A stretch of 42,388 nucleotides of DNA from a virus, in the UHGV virus genome UHGV-1353509, one strand, 5' to 3'. The translations under genes and the position numbers were made by a program. Of the stretch, positions 1 to 9,315 are shown in pieces. Numbering within the stretch: position 1 is the first letter of the stretch; every line of letters starts with the position of its first letter. Under the pieces are notes generated by a model. It was not told the DNA's origin, did no database searches, and saw only the letters and a program-made list of their open reading frames with translations.

Positions 1-3000
1 ACAACGTCCGTATTAAAGAGATTATTCTCCCTGGCTAATGTCTTTTCTGCGGAGATCGAATTTGAGACAGTACTGAACAGAGACTACTCTTTAAAAGAGA
101 TTGTCCTAAATGTATATCGGAAACACTCCGATACAGACAGCGGAGTCGGAGAATACCGGAATGACATTGTACTGCGGTACGGGAAAGGAATTACCGGAAT
201 TCGAAAAACCACAGATGCCGAGAAGCTTTACACCTGTATCCAGCCGATCGGGAAAGACGGGCTGACGATTAATGGACTGGACAAAAAAGAATACGATGAG
301 AACGGGAATATCGAGTACTTTACAGACGGCGCAATCATCCGGGCACCACAGGCAAGAGACCGGTTTCCATCCAACATCGTAAATAAGGCTGATGCTTATA
401 TCCTGATGCGGAAAGAGTATGATACGGATAACAAGGACAAGCTCTATAGCATGGCTCTGTCTGATCTTAAAACAGCATCCGAACCAGTAGTGACCTACGA
501 GGTGGATGGATATTTTGACACCAACATCGGGGACACCGTGAGGATGCAGGATCAGGAGTGGACACCAGTGCTTTATCTACAGGCGAGAGTGTCCGAACAG
601 GTGCGCAGTCTTACCAATCCAAAGACAGCAAAGACGGTATTTACAAACTACAAAGAGCTTACATCCGAAATTTCGGACAGCTTATTACAGAGGATGCAAG
701 ACCTTATTAATAAAAATAAGGTTTATACTTGCTCTATCTCAACAAACAACGGCATTATCTTTAAAAATGGCAGCGGCAGCACTACTCTTACTGCTTACGC
801 TTACGATAACGGCGTGGATATGGCGGACAAGCTACAATTCCGATGGAGCAAGGATGGACATGAGTTTTATGTTGGTAAGAGCGTTACGGTAAATGCTACT
901 GACGTGGATACAAAGGCGGTGTACTCATTTGAGGCTCTAGAAAATGGGATAAAACGTGGGTATTACGAGGTCACAATCACGGATGTAATGGATGGAGAGG
1001 ATGGAAAAGACGGGGAACAGGGTCCTCAGGGCGAGAAAGGAGAGCAAGGCGAACAGGGGATTCCTGGAACAGCTGGTGCGAATGGAAAGACCAGTTATTT
1101 CCACATCAAGTATTCTTCTGTGGCAAAGCCGACAACGTTCAGTCAGATGACAGAGACGCCGTCTGCTTATATTGGAACTTATGTGGACTTTGTACAGGAA
1201 GATTCTACAGATCCTGCAAGATATACCTGGTCGCAGTTTAAAGGATCGCAAGGCGTAAAAGGAGATCAGGGAATTGCTGGTAAGAATGGTGCAGATGGGA
1301 AAACAAGTTATTTACATATCGCCTACGCAAACAGTGCTGATGGAAAGACAGGGTTTGATGTTTCGAATAGCGCTGGGAAGTTTTATATTGGACAGTATAC
1401 AGATTTCACGCAAGCGGATTCTACAGACCCGACGAAATACGCATGGACAAAAATCAAAGGCGAAAATGGAAAAGACGGAACAAACTCAAGGAGCTACATC
1501 CTGGAAGCGTCCGATACCGCTATTAAAAAAGGTGCAGACGGAGCTTTAACACCATCTAAAATAACATTCCGGTCGTTTTATCGAGATGGAGACAGTGCGA
1601 CAAGGATACCATATAATGGTAGATTTAAAATCGAAGAGTCAACCAACGGAACATCATACTCCGTGAAATACACCTCATCTGCGAACGAAAGTGCAAAGGA
1701 GTATACACCGACTGCAACTGCGAAAATACTCCGTTGCACGCTTTACAGCGCAGACGGGACTATAAATGCTTTGGATACGCAGAGTGTTGTTGTGCTTACG
1801 GATGTGGATAATTTGGAGATTGGCGGTAGGAATTTACTATTAAACACAGGGTTTAATACTTTTAACCATTGGATTAAAGGTAGTAATACAAAATCTCTCC
1901 AGATGGTTAATGGATGGTGTGAAGTTACGATTGGTGGGACATGGTCTGGATTTGTTCAAGAATTTATACCAGAAAAAAATGTTGAATACATAGTGAGTTA
2001 CGAAGCGTATCTGGTAGACACTGTTGCTGAAACTGCTATGTTAGAAACAGATTTTGGTACTCCAGATCAAAATCAAACAATTAACAAAACGCCTGCAAAA
2101 TATTCATTGAAATTAAAATATCCATCTACATCTTTAAATGGAAAAATAGATTTCATGTTATCAAATAATGAAGTGGGTAAAAAATGGAGAATTCGAAATA
2201 TCAAACTTGAAAAGGGTAATAAAGCCACAGACTGGTCTCCCGCTCCTGAGGACATAGAAACTTTAGTAGTAACATTGTCCAACGATTCCCAAACAGTAGC
2301 AACAGACACAAACGGAAACGGTGGAAACTTTATAGATTGCTCTACAAAAGTGCAGGTTTACAACGGCGCACAGGACGTTTCAAAAGTCGCTACTTACACC
2401 GTAACAAAATCTTCCGGAATTGCTGGTACATGGGATTTAAGTACACGTACTTACAAGGTATCCGCTCTATCTACGGATAACGGATGGGTTGACATTAAAG
2501 TAACATACAACGGAAATTCTATCACAAGACGGTTTACGGTTTCGAAATCGAAACAGGGCGCGCAGGGAGCAACGGGACCTCAAGGTGATAATGGACCACA
2601 AGGGCCGGCGGGGACATCAGGAAGAGGGATAAAAACTATTACAGAATATTATTTGATTTCTTCCGCAAAAACAGGAATTACAACAGCGTCAAGCGGTTGG
2701 AGTACATCAGTTCCGACGATGACAGCAACAAATAAATACTTGTGGAACTATGAAAAATTTACGTTTACAGATAATACGACAGCGACCACTACACCAAAAA
2801 TAATCGGGATATACGGAGACAAAGGAGCAACAGGAGCTACCGGTCCACAAGGACCTCAAGGGAATGCAGGTGCAACAGGTCCCCAGGGGCCACAAGGAGC
2901 GACTGGCCCGAAAGGACCGCAGGGGGCAACTGGTGCAACGGGACCACAAGGGGTAACTGGAAACGGAATAAAGTCTATCACGAATTATTATCTTGCAACG

Positions 3001-4059
3001 GCAAGCGGAAGCGGTGTGTCGGCGTCCACATCAGGATGGACTACAACTGTACAAGCAATAACGGCGTCAAAAAAATATCTGTGGAATTATGAGGTTGTTA
3101 CCTATACAAATGGTAGCACGTATCAATCAGCACCATGTATCATCGGAGTATATGGTGATAAGGGAGCGACAGGTGCTACAGGAGCAACAGGACCAAGTGG
3201 CATAATTGTATCTTCTACGGCTCCGTCAAATCCTAAAGTTGGCCAGTTATGGCAAACGGCATCCGGTCAGCCGATCAAGCGGTGGGATGGAAGTAGGTGG
3301 GTGATCCATTATATCGCAGTCGAAAATCTGGACGTGCAAACGCTCAGTGCGATCGTTGCCAACCTTGGAACTGTAACAGCCGGACTTATTAAGAGTAAGG
3401 GTGGACACTTTTACATAAATGTAGACACCGGAGAGATCGTGTCTAAAAGCAGTGACGGTACAATTTCCGTTTTTGTAAAAAAAGAGAATATTGACATGGT
3501 AAGATCGTTTACAGCGTCTAGGTACTGGGGGAGTCGATTAAACTACTCTGGATTAGAATTTTATTCCGGCGGCAGTAGCATGGCAGATGATATCGCGAAT
3601 GGATCTATGGTATGCTCTATTCGCGGAGATGAGGAGATGCGTGACTTTTCGGTGACAAACATAAATGGAGATAGCATATGGCTTATTAGGACAATTAAGC
3701 AGCTTACAAAATCTATCTCTTACGATTCCGGTACCGTGAAAGGTCCATATACAAGTACAAACTCCGCAAATAACATCCGTGTGGAACTAAAAAGAAGAGG
3801 ATGTATGGTAACATGCAAGATCACAATGCTTGCACAATTTCCAGGAAGTGGCGAACACGGGCCATTCAACGAGGTGAAAATTCCAGTAGGATATCGACCG
3901 GTTGTGGATTTCTTTGCTCCCTATAGCGAAGTTGTAGGATCTAACATATTCGGAACGGGAAGATACGGCATAGGAAAAGATGGGGGGATCAAGATTTATG
4001 TGGAGAATGCCGCATGGACAGAACGTCACGCAGCGTTTACGTGGATTACAGATGATTGA
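1..4059 (+). CDS. Tail-associated protein (Tal) fused to a receptor-binding tail fibre, C-terminal ~1350 aa; 5' partial because the frame is open from base 1
   Basis: Frame 1 has no stop from nt 1, so the ORF-track start at 406 is not the true start. Five collagen-like G-X-Y tracts and two pairs of duplicated ~55-70 aa modules ([11 protein letters not shown].../[11 protein letters not shown]... and [12 protein letters not shown].../[13 protein letters not shown]...). Lies downstream, across the window junction, of the Dit and tail endopeptidase N-terminus. Confidence 0.8.
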   Translation, partial: TTSVLKRLFSLANVFSAEIEFETVLNRDYSLKEIVLNVYRKHSDTDSGVGEYRNDIVLRYGKGITGIRKTTDAEKLYTCIQPIGKDGLTINGLDKKEYDENGNIEYFTDGAIIRAPQARDRFPSNIVNKADAYILMRKEYDTDNKDKLYSMALSDLKTASEPVVTYEVDGYFDTNIGDTVRMQDQEWTPVLYLQARVSEQVRSLTNPKTAKTVFTNYKELTSEISDSLLQRMQDLINKNKVYTCSISTNNGIIFKNGSGSTTLTAYAYDNGVDMADKLQFRWSKDGHEFYVGKSVTVNATDVDTKAVYSFEALENGIKRGYYEVTITDVMDGEDGKDGEQGPQGEKGEQGEQGIPGTAGANGKTSYFHIKYSSVAKPTTFSQMTETPSAYIGTYVDFVQEDSTDPARYTWSQFKGSQGVKGDQGIAGKNGADGKTSYLHIAYANSADGKTGFDVSNSAGKFYIGQYTDFTQADSTDPTKYAWTKIKGENGKDGTNSRSYILEASDTAIKKGADGALTPSKITFRSFYRDGDSATRIPYNGRFKIEESTNGTSYSVKYTSSANESAKEYTPTATAKILRCTLYSADGTINALDTQSVVVLTDVDNLEIGGRNLLLNTGFNTFNHWIKGSNTKSLQMVNGWCEVTIGGTWSGFVQEFIPEKNVEYIVSYEAYLVDTVAETAMLETDFGTPDQNQTINKTPAKYSLKLKYPSTSLNGKIDFMLSNNEVGKKWRIRNIKLEKGNKATDWSPAPEDIETLVVTLSNDSQTVATDTNGNGGNFIDCSTKVQVYNGAQDVSKVATYTVTKSSGIAGTWDLSTRTYKVSALSTDNGWVDIKVTYNGNSITRRFTVSKSKQGAQGATGPQGDNGPQGPAGTSGRGIKTITEYYLISSAKTGITTASSGWSTSVPTMTATNKYLWNYEKFTFTDNTTATTTPKIIGIYGDKGATGATGPQGPQGNAGATGPQGPQGATGPKGPQGATGATGPQGVTGNGIKSITNYYLATASGSGVSASTSGWTTTVQAITASKKYLWNYEVVTYTNGSTYQSAPCIIGVYGDKGATGATGATGPSGIIVSSTAPSNPKVGQLWQTASGQPIKRWDGSRWVIHYIAVENLDVQTLSAIVANLGTVTAGLIKSKGGHFYINVDTGEIVSKSSDGTISVFVKKENIDMVRSFTASRYWGSRLNYSGLEFYSGGSSMADDIANGSMVCSIRGDEEMRDFSVTNINGDSIWLIRTIKQLTKSISYDSGTVKGPYTSTNSANNIRVELKRRGCMVTCKITMLAQFPGSGEHGPFNEVKIPVGYRPVVDFFAPYSEVVGSNIFGTGRYGIGKDGGIKIYVENAAWTERHAAFTWITDD
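994..1092 (+). repeat. Collagen-like G-X-Y coding repeat ([33 protein letters not shown]) inside the tail gene
   Basis: 11 consecutive Gly-X-Y triplets in a locally GC-rich island. Similar tracts at 1243-1305, 2554-2628 and 3154-3200. Confidence 0.8.
2815..2969 (+). repeat. Longest collagen-like tract of the tail gene (17 G-X-Y triplets, [51 protein letters not shown])
   Basis: Read directly from the translation. The DNA is a near-repetitive ggNccN 9-mer pattern. Confidence 0.8.
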
Positions 4060-4140
4060 TTAAAGGAGCAAATATGGAGATAAGAGCAAGACCCTCACGG
4101 TCTTATTTTTATACTTTAAACCAGAAAGGAAAGTGAGGAT

Positions 4141-4255
4141 ATGAAGAAAATGGAACAGTTGGCAAATGTAAAAGCGTTTTTATGCATGGTGTTTGGAGCC
4201 ATTGTTGGAGGATTTGTAAATCTGATTGGAGGATGGTCCGAGGATTTGACTACAT
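4141..4255 (+). pseudogene. Holin (Phage_holin_4_1 / TcdE-like) N-terminal fragment, truncated by the IS insertion
   Basis: ATG with RBS GGAAAGTGAGG. Encodes MKKMEQLANVKAFLCMVFGAIVGGFVNLIGGWSEDLTT, including a TM helix. The frame runs into the IS and stops 2 codons inside it. Confidence 0.6.
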
Positions 4256-5980
4256 CCTGAATCCGTGAAGTTCGGAGATTTTTAATGTTGATCCCTGAAG
4301 GGAACAGATCAACACTGAGAATTTCTATTCTGTGGCATGCAACACTTCTTTGTAAAGATCATCGTTGCCTTAAGCAGCATGTTTATCCACAGGCATTGCC
4401 TAAAAAGGGCAGACGCCCCCCTTAAGCGCTACCTGTCATGGCGAAATATAGAAGTAAAATAGAAAAAATCATCACATACTGAATTGTGCAAATGCAGTAT
4501 ATATTTCGGCGAACGTATGTCGCCAGACATTACTTTTGCCCAGACCCATAATCAATTGCCGTGCATGCTCGGTAACATGGCTTGCCATCATAATCATGTT
4601 GCTGATAACCGTACGGAGTCTGCGACGATGTACCTTATGGCGTGTTTTTCTTCTGCCAATGGATTCCTGTCCAATCATCCGCAGGATATTGTAGGCAAGA
4701 ATGGTCAATTCAAGCACCAGTTCATTGGTGTCAAACTTTCCGGAAGGCAGCCGTTCCACATCCATATCGGTCTTGATTTCACTGTGAAACTGCTCACATT
4801 CACCATGGGCATGGTAATTCTGAATGACTTCTTCATCTGTCATCCCGGTATTCGTCCACCAAGTGTTCACTTCCAGATCAGAAGGAAGAAGAAATTGACC
4901 ATATTTATCGATGGTGCGTTCTATGATTTCGTATCCTGTACGTATGGTAACGGTTTTATCACTGCCATCCACTGTGTGATAAGTGACATCTTTCCAGTCA
5001 CTTCCAATATAGACGGTTTTTCCGTCACGTGGGGATGTGATATTTTGCGAGTTGGTTTTTGCCATCTCGAACCACGCTTCCCTGCTTTCACGGCGTAGAT
5101 TTCGTTTTATAATGAAATAACAGCCGCTTTCCAACAGAATTCCAATGTTCTCTGCGGCATCATTCCCGGAATCTAAGCGGATAAGGAGCGGCTCATTTGT
5201 GAGTTGTTTACACAGTTTAATTGTTTCACGCAGAAAACCGGGTGTGTCGCACTGGCAATGTTGCCTTCCCTCACGCAGTTGTGCATTGATTAGATACCCT
5301 TCCGTTCCGATATAAGCCATGATTGGAGCATATCCATCATACCCTTTATAAGTACGTGATACGCCTTCTTTTCTGGTTTTCGAATTGTCAAATGGTGTGA
5401 CATCAATGTCAACCGGAACGAAACCATTGGGAAGTTTGGAAGGAACGATTCCATTGGAACGCAAAAGTTCCACGTTTTCTGCCAGAATATGTTCTCGCTG
5501 GGAAGAGCCAATATCATCCATTCTCTGGCGGAGGGTTTCTTCTGATGGAATGTTGTAGGCGATTCCAAGAGCACTTTTATAAAAATCCCGGTCATCATCC
5601 ATTTCATGAACAGCCTGAAATTGTGGTTTCCCCATACACAACATACCAATATAGGAAAGGAGAATGTCGCCATTTTTAATCTGATGCTGCGAACGGTTGG
5701 GAGTTACATCCATTCGATTGCAGCGTTTTACAAAATTGCTTTTGCCAAGGATAGCACCTACAACAGCAAGACCGCTTGCAGGAATAATACGTTCATTGGT
5801 AAATTCAATTTTTATATTTTTCATGATATTCTCTCCTTTGTAATGTAAATTTCTAAGAAGATTATACCAGAAAGAGACTTCACCCAACAGGTGAAAATAA
5901 AAAATACGGAAACATCTTGAAAACCATTGGAAATTCAGCCCTTTCGATGATTAAGGGGAGTTGAACTTCACGGATTCAGG
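4256..5980 (-). mobile_element. Insertion sequence, IS1380-family-like, 1725 bp, with 18-bp perfect terminal inverted repeats and a 5-bp target duplication TACAT
   Basis: Left IR CCTGAATCCGTGAAGTTC at 4256-4273. Right IR GAACTTCACGGATTCAGG at 5963-5980, its reverse complement. TACAT at 4251-4255 and 5981-5985. One 450-aa DDE transposase ORF inside. Confidence 0.8.
4472..5824 (-). CDS. DDE transposase, IS1380/IS4 superfamily
   Basis: 450 aa from the ATG at 5824, with RBS AAGGAGAG at 8 nt. Acidic catalytic-region motifs (LIRLDSGNDAAEN..., YFIIKRN). Size and IR/TSD geometry fit IS1380. Family assignment is by recall only. Confidence 0.7.
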   Translation of the reverse strand: MKNIKIEFTNERIIPASGLAVVGAILGKSNFVKRCNRMDVTPNRSQHQIKNGDILLSYIGMLCMGKPQFQAVHEMDDDRDFYKSALGIAYNIPSEETLRQRMDDIGSSQREHILAENVELLRSNGIVPSKLPNGFVPVDIDVTPFDNSKTRKEGVSRTYKGYDGYAPIMAYIGTEGYLINAQLREGRQHCQCDTPGFLRETIKLCKQLTNEPLLIRLDSGNDAAENIGILLESGCYFIIKRNLRRESREAWFEMAKTNSQNITSPRDGKTVYIGSDWKDVTYHTVDGSDKTVTIRTGYEIIERTIDKYGQFLLPSDLEVNTWWTNTGMTDEEVIQNYHAHGECEQFHSEIKTDMDVERLPSGKFDTNELVLELTILAYNILRMIGQESIGRRKTRHKVHRRRLRTVISNMIMMASHVTEHARQLIMGLGKSNVWRHTFAEIYTAFAQFSM

Positions 5981-6323
5981 TACATTACTTATTTTTATGG
6001 GTGTAGACTTTGTTCTTGGATTGCTGATCGCTGCCTTTTGGAAAAAGAGCAACAAGTCGGAAAACGGGGCACTGAGTAGCTACTCAGCGTGGAAAGGTCT
6101 ATGCAGAAAAGGGGTGTCTCTACTGATTGTACTTATTGCATACCGATTGGATGTCACTCTCGGTGTAGACTATATCCGTACAGCGGTAGTACTGGCATTT
6201 ATAGCAAATGAGGGGATCTCGATTTTGGAAAATGTTGGAATTATGGGCGTAAAATATCCGGAAGCATTAAAAAAAGCACTGGATGTTTTAACAAATAAAT
6301 CACAGGAGCAGGAGGGCGAGTAA
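5981..6323 (+). pseudogene. Holin C-terminal fragment, Phage_holin_4_1 family, in frame with fragment 4141-4255 once the IS plus one TSD copy is removed
   Basis: Reconstructed junction ...SEDLTT|LLIFMGVDFVLGLLIAAFWKKS... carries the family signature D-x-x-x-G...A, KGxxxKG, NEGISILEN and 3-4 TM helices. No independent RBS or start after the IS. Confidence 0.65.
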
Positions 6324-6370
6324 TCGTCCTCTTTTATTGTGCGATATCGCACGGAAAGGAATTAAGAATT

Positions 6371-6637
6371 ATGGGTAGCAGAGAATTTTTAAACATTTGC
6401 AAAGCAAAGGTAGCGGATTATTTTAATCAGAATAAAGACAAGACTGATACATCTGACAACATGACGGTAGATGATGTATTTGTAGTTTGGTATTGCAAGA
6501 CACTGCAAAATCATAAGGCATTGCTTAGTACGCCAGTAAGTGATGGTATGTATTACGAGATCACTTACAGTGGAGATAAGAATGAGATCTACTTTGATGC
6601 TTATAAAAAGTGGGAAAACATTAAATTTGATATGTAA
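6371..6637 (+). CDS. Hypothetical protein (88 aa) inside the lysis cassette
   Basis: ORF between holin and amidase. Preceded by the palindrome GTGCGATATCGCAC. Confidence 0.5.
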   Translation: MGSREFLNICKAKVADYFNQNKDKTDTSDNMTVDDVFVVWYCKTLQNHKALLSTPVSDGMYYEITYSGDKNEIYFDAYKKWENIKFDM

Positions 6638-6669
6638 TTGTGCGACATCGTACGGTAGGAGGTGAGAAC

Positions 6670-6759
6670 ATGAGCGAACAGAACGAATTTGGAAGAATAA
6701 CAGCAGAGGAACTGGAAAAGGTATTTGAGACAGAAGAACAGGAGGAAGAGAAAGAATGA
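6670..6759 (+). CDS. Small acidic protein (29 aa)
   Basis: Strong RBS TAGGAGGTGAG at 6 nt. Stop overlaps the amidase start (ATGA). Confidence 0.35.
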   Translation: MSEQNEFGRITAEELEKVFETEEQEEEKE

Positions 6760-7562
6760 AAATTGGCTTAAGGGGAGGACACTCCCCAAATTGTAAAGGT
6801 GCAATCGGTCTGATCGATGAGCAGGCAGAAGTGCGGAAGATCTACAATGAGCTCGCACCAATGTTAGAGGCTGCCGGTCATACTGTGATTGATTGTAATT
6901 CCAACGCATCCAATGTGTCTGGTGAGCTGTCTGACGGCACAAATAAGGCGAATAGTGCGGGGTGCGATATCTATGTCACCTTGCACATGAATGCGGCAGG
7001 AGCGGCGTCAGCCGGCGGTACAGAGGTGTGGTTATACGATGCATCTAACCAGACTATGAACACGATCGCAAGCAACATCTGTAATAATTTTGCAGGAAAA
7101 GGATTTGCAAACCGCGGTGTTAAATATAGTTCCGGCTATCATGATCTGAATGCATCCAATATGCCCGGTATGATCGTAGAGACATTATTTTGCACCGGCA
7201 CAGATGATGTAGCACGGTATCGTAGTTTAGGCACAAAAGGAATTGCTGAGCTGATTGCAAAGGCGATCGACAGTAGAGCGTCTGCATGCAGCGAACAAAA
7301 AAATAACCAGAATACAGGAATCGAACAGGAAGGAGAAGAAGAGATGAAATGTTTATTTACAGTAGAGGGAAAAGGTGCAGTGTATTATTTTGACGGTCAA
7401 AAAGTAATAACATTGGGTCATCCAGACGAATTAAAAATCATCCAGCAGATTTACAAGGACAACAATGGTAAGGACATGCCGTGTTACAAGTGGAGTCCTA
7501 AAGCGCCATGGTATGCAAGGCTCATGTCGGTAATTTACAGTAAAGAGACCACATCTATTTAA
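6756..7562 (+). CDS. Endolysin: N-acetylmuramoyl-L-alanine amidase (Amidase_3 catalytic domain) plus a C-terminal wall-binding domain
   Basis: MKIGLRGGHSPNCKGAIGLIDE... and ...DIYVTLHMNAAG... are typical of the CwlA/Amidase_3 family. RBS GGAGGAAGAGAAAGA. Confidence 0.8.
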   Translation: MKIGLRGGHSPNCKGAIGLIDEQAEVRKIYNELAPMLEAAGHTVIDCNSNASNVSGELSDGTNKANSAGCDIYVTLHMNAAGAASAGGTEVWLYDASNQTMNTIASNICNNFAGKGFANRGVKYSSGYHDLNASNMPGMIVETLFCTGTDDVARYRSLGTKGIAELIAKAIDSRASACSEQKNNQNTGIEQEGEEEMKCLFTVEGKGAVYYFDGQKVITLGHPDELKIIQQIYKDNNGKDMPCYKWSPKAPWYARLMSVIYSKETTSI

Positions 7563-7569
7563 TAAAAAT

Positions 7570-7596
7570 CCCCTCGGAGATTAGCTCTCTGAGGGG
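7570..7596. terminator. GC-rich hairpin CCCCTCGGAGA / TCTCTGAGGGG closing the lysis cassette
   Basis: 11-bp stem with a 5-nt loop. A T-run follows on the minus strand and an A-run precedes on the plus strand, so it is most convincing as a terminator against antisense read-in. Confidence 0.5.
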
Positions 7597-7761
7597 AAAA
7601 CTTTACAATTGTTAGATAAATTCTCTGGATGTATTTACATATCCGGGAAAATGTGGTATTGTAAAGATGTCCAATACAGATGATGCTCTGTATTGCGGAA
7701 ACTGAGCAAATCACAGTTTCGCGGATTGAAATATTAGCAGTAGCTTTAATGGCTGTAAGAT

Positions 7762-7786
7762 AAGGATAAGCATTAAGCTTATCCTT
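7762..7786 (-). terminator. Hairpin AAGGATAAGC-attaa-GCTTATCCTT immediately 3' of the minus-strand operon
   Basis: Perfect 10-bp stem abutting the stop codon of the 7787-8230 gene. A second hairpin CAATACAG/CTGTATTG lies at 7673-7696. Confidence 0.45.
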
Positions 7787-8230
7787 TTATCTTGCATTTT
7801 TTCCAAAGCTATAGCAGTCATAAAAGCTATCAACAAGCTTTGCAAGCTCATCCGGTGTTAATTTGTCAAACAGTGTTTCTGGTATCCATTTGTAATTTTC
7901 GTAAAATGTACTTTCAAAGCTTCCAATCTTGCTGAGTTTTTTGATTTTCTGGTATTTGTCCATCCTTAAAAGGTCATGTAAGTCCATTTCTCCATCTTTT
8001 AAAGACTGTTTAGTTTCGCTGGTAAAAACGTTTAAGTCTAATGCCAACATATCCTCAACGCTGCATCCGAGTGCGCCAGATAAAGCCTGCGCATTTTTTG
8101 CAGTCATGTTACTTACGTCAATTTCGCCTTTTTCAATTTTCTGTATCTGACGGATGTTAATACCGGTTTTCTCCGCCAATTCTCTTTGAGTAAGGTTCAT
8201 AAATTTCCTAAGTTCTTTAAGTTCTGCCAT
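7787..8230 (-). CDS. XRE-family HTH transcriptional regulator with a C-terminal domain of unknown function
   Basis: N-terminal LTQRELAEKTGINIRQIQKIEKGE is a classic Cro/C1 HTH. Last gene of a 3-gene minus-strand operon. Confidence 0.7.
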   Translation of the reverse strand: MAELKELRKFMNLTQRELAEKTGINIRQIQKIEKGEIDVSNMTAKNAQALSGALGCSVEDMLALDLNVFTSETKQSLKDGEMDLHDLLRMDKYQKIKKLSKIGSFESTFYENYKWIPETLFDKLTPDELAKLVDSFYDCYSFGKNAR

Positions 8231-8275
8231 AGTTCTTTTCCTTCTCCCCGTGTAGCCGATAGGACAGCAATTTAA

Positions 8276-8464
8276 TTAGATGTGTCTTGCAATTATATTT
8301 TTTTCAGTTACTGCGAGGTCATCAATATTTGTTACTTCGATAATTTCGTACTCGGAGTAATCTTCCCAACCTAAAGTCAATTCGTTTCCACTTTCATCAA
8401 AAAAGTTGGCTGGTCTCATTTCATCAAAAAAGGTTCTTTCCATGTATTTTTTTAAGTTTTCCAT
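8276..8464 (-). CDS. Hypothetical protein (62 aa)
   Basis: ORF with RBS, in the operon with 8486-8911. Confidence 0.45.
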   Translation of the reverse strand: MENLKKYMERTFFDEMRPANFFDESGNELTLGWEDYSEYEIIEVTNIDDLAVTEKNIIARHI

Positions 8465-8485
8465 TGTATTTTCTCCTTTTTATAA

Positions 8486-8911
8486 TTATTTCCCGTAAAC
8501 TTCGCTTAAAATTCTGTTGCACATTGTGTTATAACCATGTTTAACATTAAACAAAAGATTCTGATAATATTTCTGATAAGACGTTTCGTTTATTCCTTTC
8601 AGTAGATCGATTACAAGTCCTGCATTGGATTCAGAAATGATTCTGTTGTATCCATCTTTGCAAGATTCCCACATACTTACGTTTTCCGGATATCCTGCCT
8701 TGCAGTCTGCGATCAGAGCATCAAACTGCTTGTTCATTTTCTCGATCAAATCGTTTGCAAAGCTGATCTGTTTCTCTGTTCCTGTCATTTTTGTTTCACC
8801 TCTTTTTGCTTCATTCCATGCTTTCTTCAAAGCTTCGGAGATTCCGAAAGATGCTTTCTTTACCAGTTCCCATGCTCTTTTCATAATTTTGGATAAGTTG
8901 TATTTTTTCAT
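8486..8911 (-). CDS. Hypothetical protein (141 aa)
   Basis: RBS AAAGGAG at 9 nt. First gene of the minus-strand moron operon. Confidence 0.55.
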   Translation of the reverse strand: MKKYNLSKIMKRAWELVKKASFGISEALKKAWNEAKRGETKMTGTEKQISFANDLIEKMNKQFDALIADCKAGYPENVSMWESCKDGYNRIISESNAGLVIDLLKGINETSYQKYYQNLLFNVKHGYNTMCNRILSEVYGK

Positions 8912-8945
8912 TTTCGTTATCTCCTTTGCTTTATCTTATGGTTAT

Positions 8946-8974
8946 ATTTTACGCCAATATTGGCGTAAAGTCAA
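8946..8974 (-). promoter_or_regulatory. Sigma-A-type promoter (-35 TTGACT, -10 TAAAAT, 17-nt spacer) whose spacer is the 16-bp perfect palindrome ACGCCAATATTGGCGT (8951-8966)
   Basis: Read on the minus strand upstream of the ATG at 8911. An operator embedded in the promoter is typical of a repressible promoter. Confidence 0.5.
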
Positions 8975-9066
8975 GAGCAAATTGAAAAGTTTTTAAAATA
9001 ATTTTAAAGCCAGCGCCTGATCCACTGTGCTATAATAATATGTAGTCAATGCGAGGGGGGATAATC

Positions 9067-9246
9067 ATGGAATACCAGATCTACGAATCTTACGATACAT
9101 TTTTACTATACCAAGAGTTTATAGAGATACCCGGAAATACTTTTAGCTTCCGGTTGCCAGAAAGGATGATCCTGACAACCGAAATGATGCACACCTTTTT
9201 ACGGGCGGCGTATATGAGTGTTGGGCGGATGGAGTTGCCGTCCTGA
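9067..9246 (+). CDS. Hypothetical small protein (59 aa)
   Basis: SD GAGGGGG at 7 nt. An extended -10 TGcTATAAT lies at 9030-9038. Confidence 0.3.
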   Translation: MEYQIYESYDTFLLYQEFIEIPGNTFSFRLPERMILTTEMMHTFLRAAYMSVGRMELPS

Positions 9247-9315
9247 ATATTGTATCATTTATTTTGTACTAATTATACTACTCCAAATGGGGTTGAATAC
9301 TTAGTACAAAACAGA

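Noticed and set aside
406-408. ORF-track start codon of the first gene
   Set aside because: Frame 1 is open from base 1 with no stop, so the gene starts upstream or across the circular junction, not at 406.
4484-5098. 204-aa plus-strand ORF inside the IS
   Set aside because: Antisense to the transposase. No RBS.
5961-5985. TTG start for the downstream holin fragment (ORF-track 5961)
   Set aside because: Begins inside the IS right inverted repeat, and the SD abuts the TTG with zero spacing. The fragment is better explained as the 3' part of a disrupted gene.
7570-7596. Plus-strand intrinsic terminator for the endolysin
   Set aside because: Strong hairpin, but the U-run is on the opposite strand. 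Annotated as strand-ambiguous.
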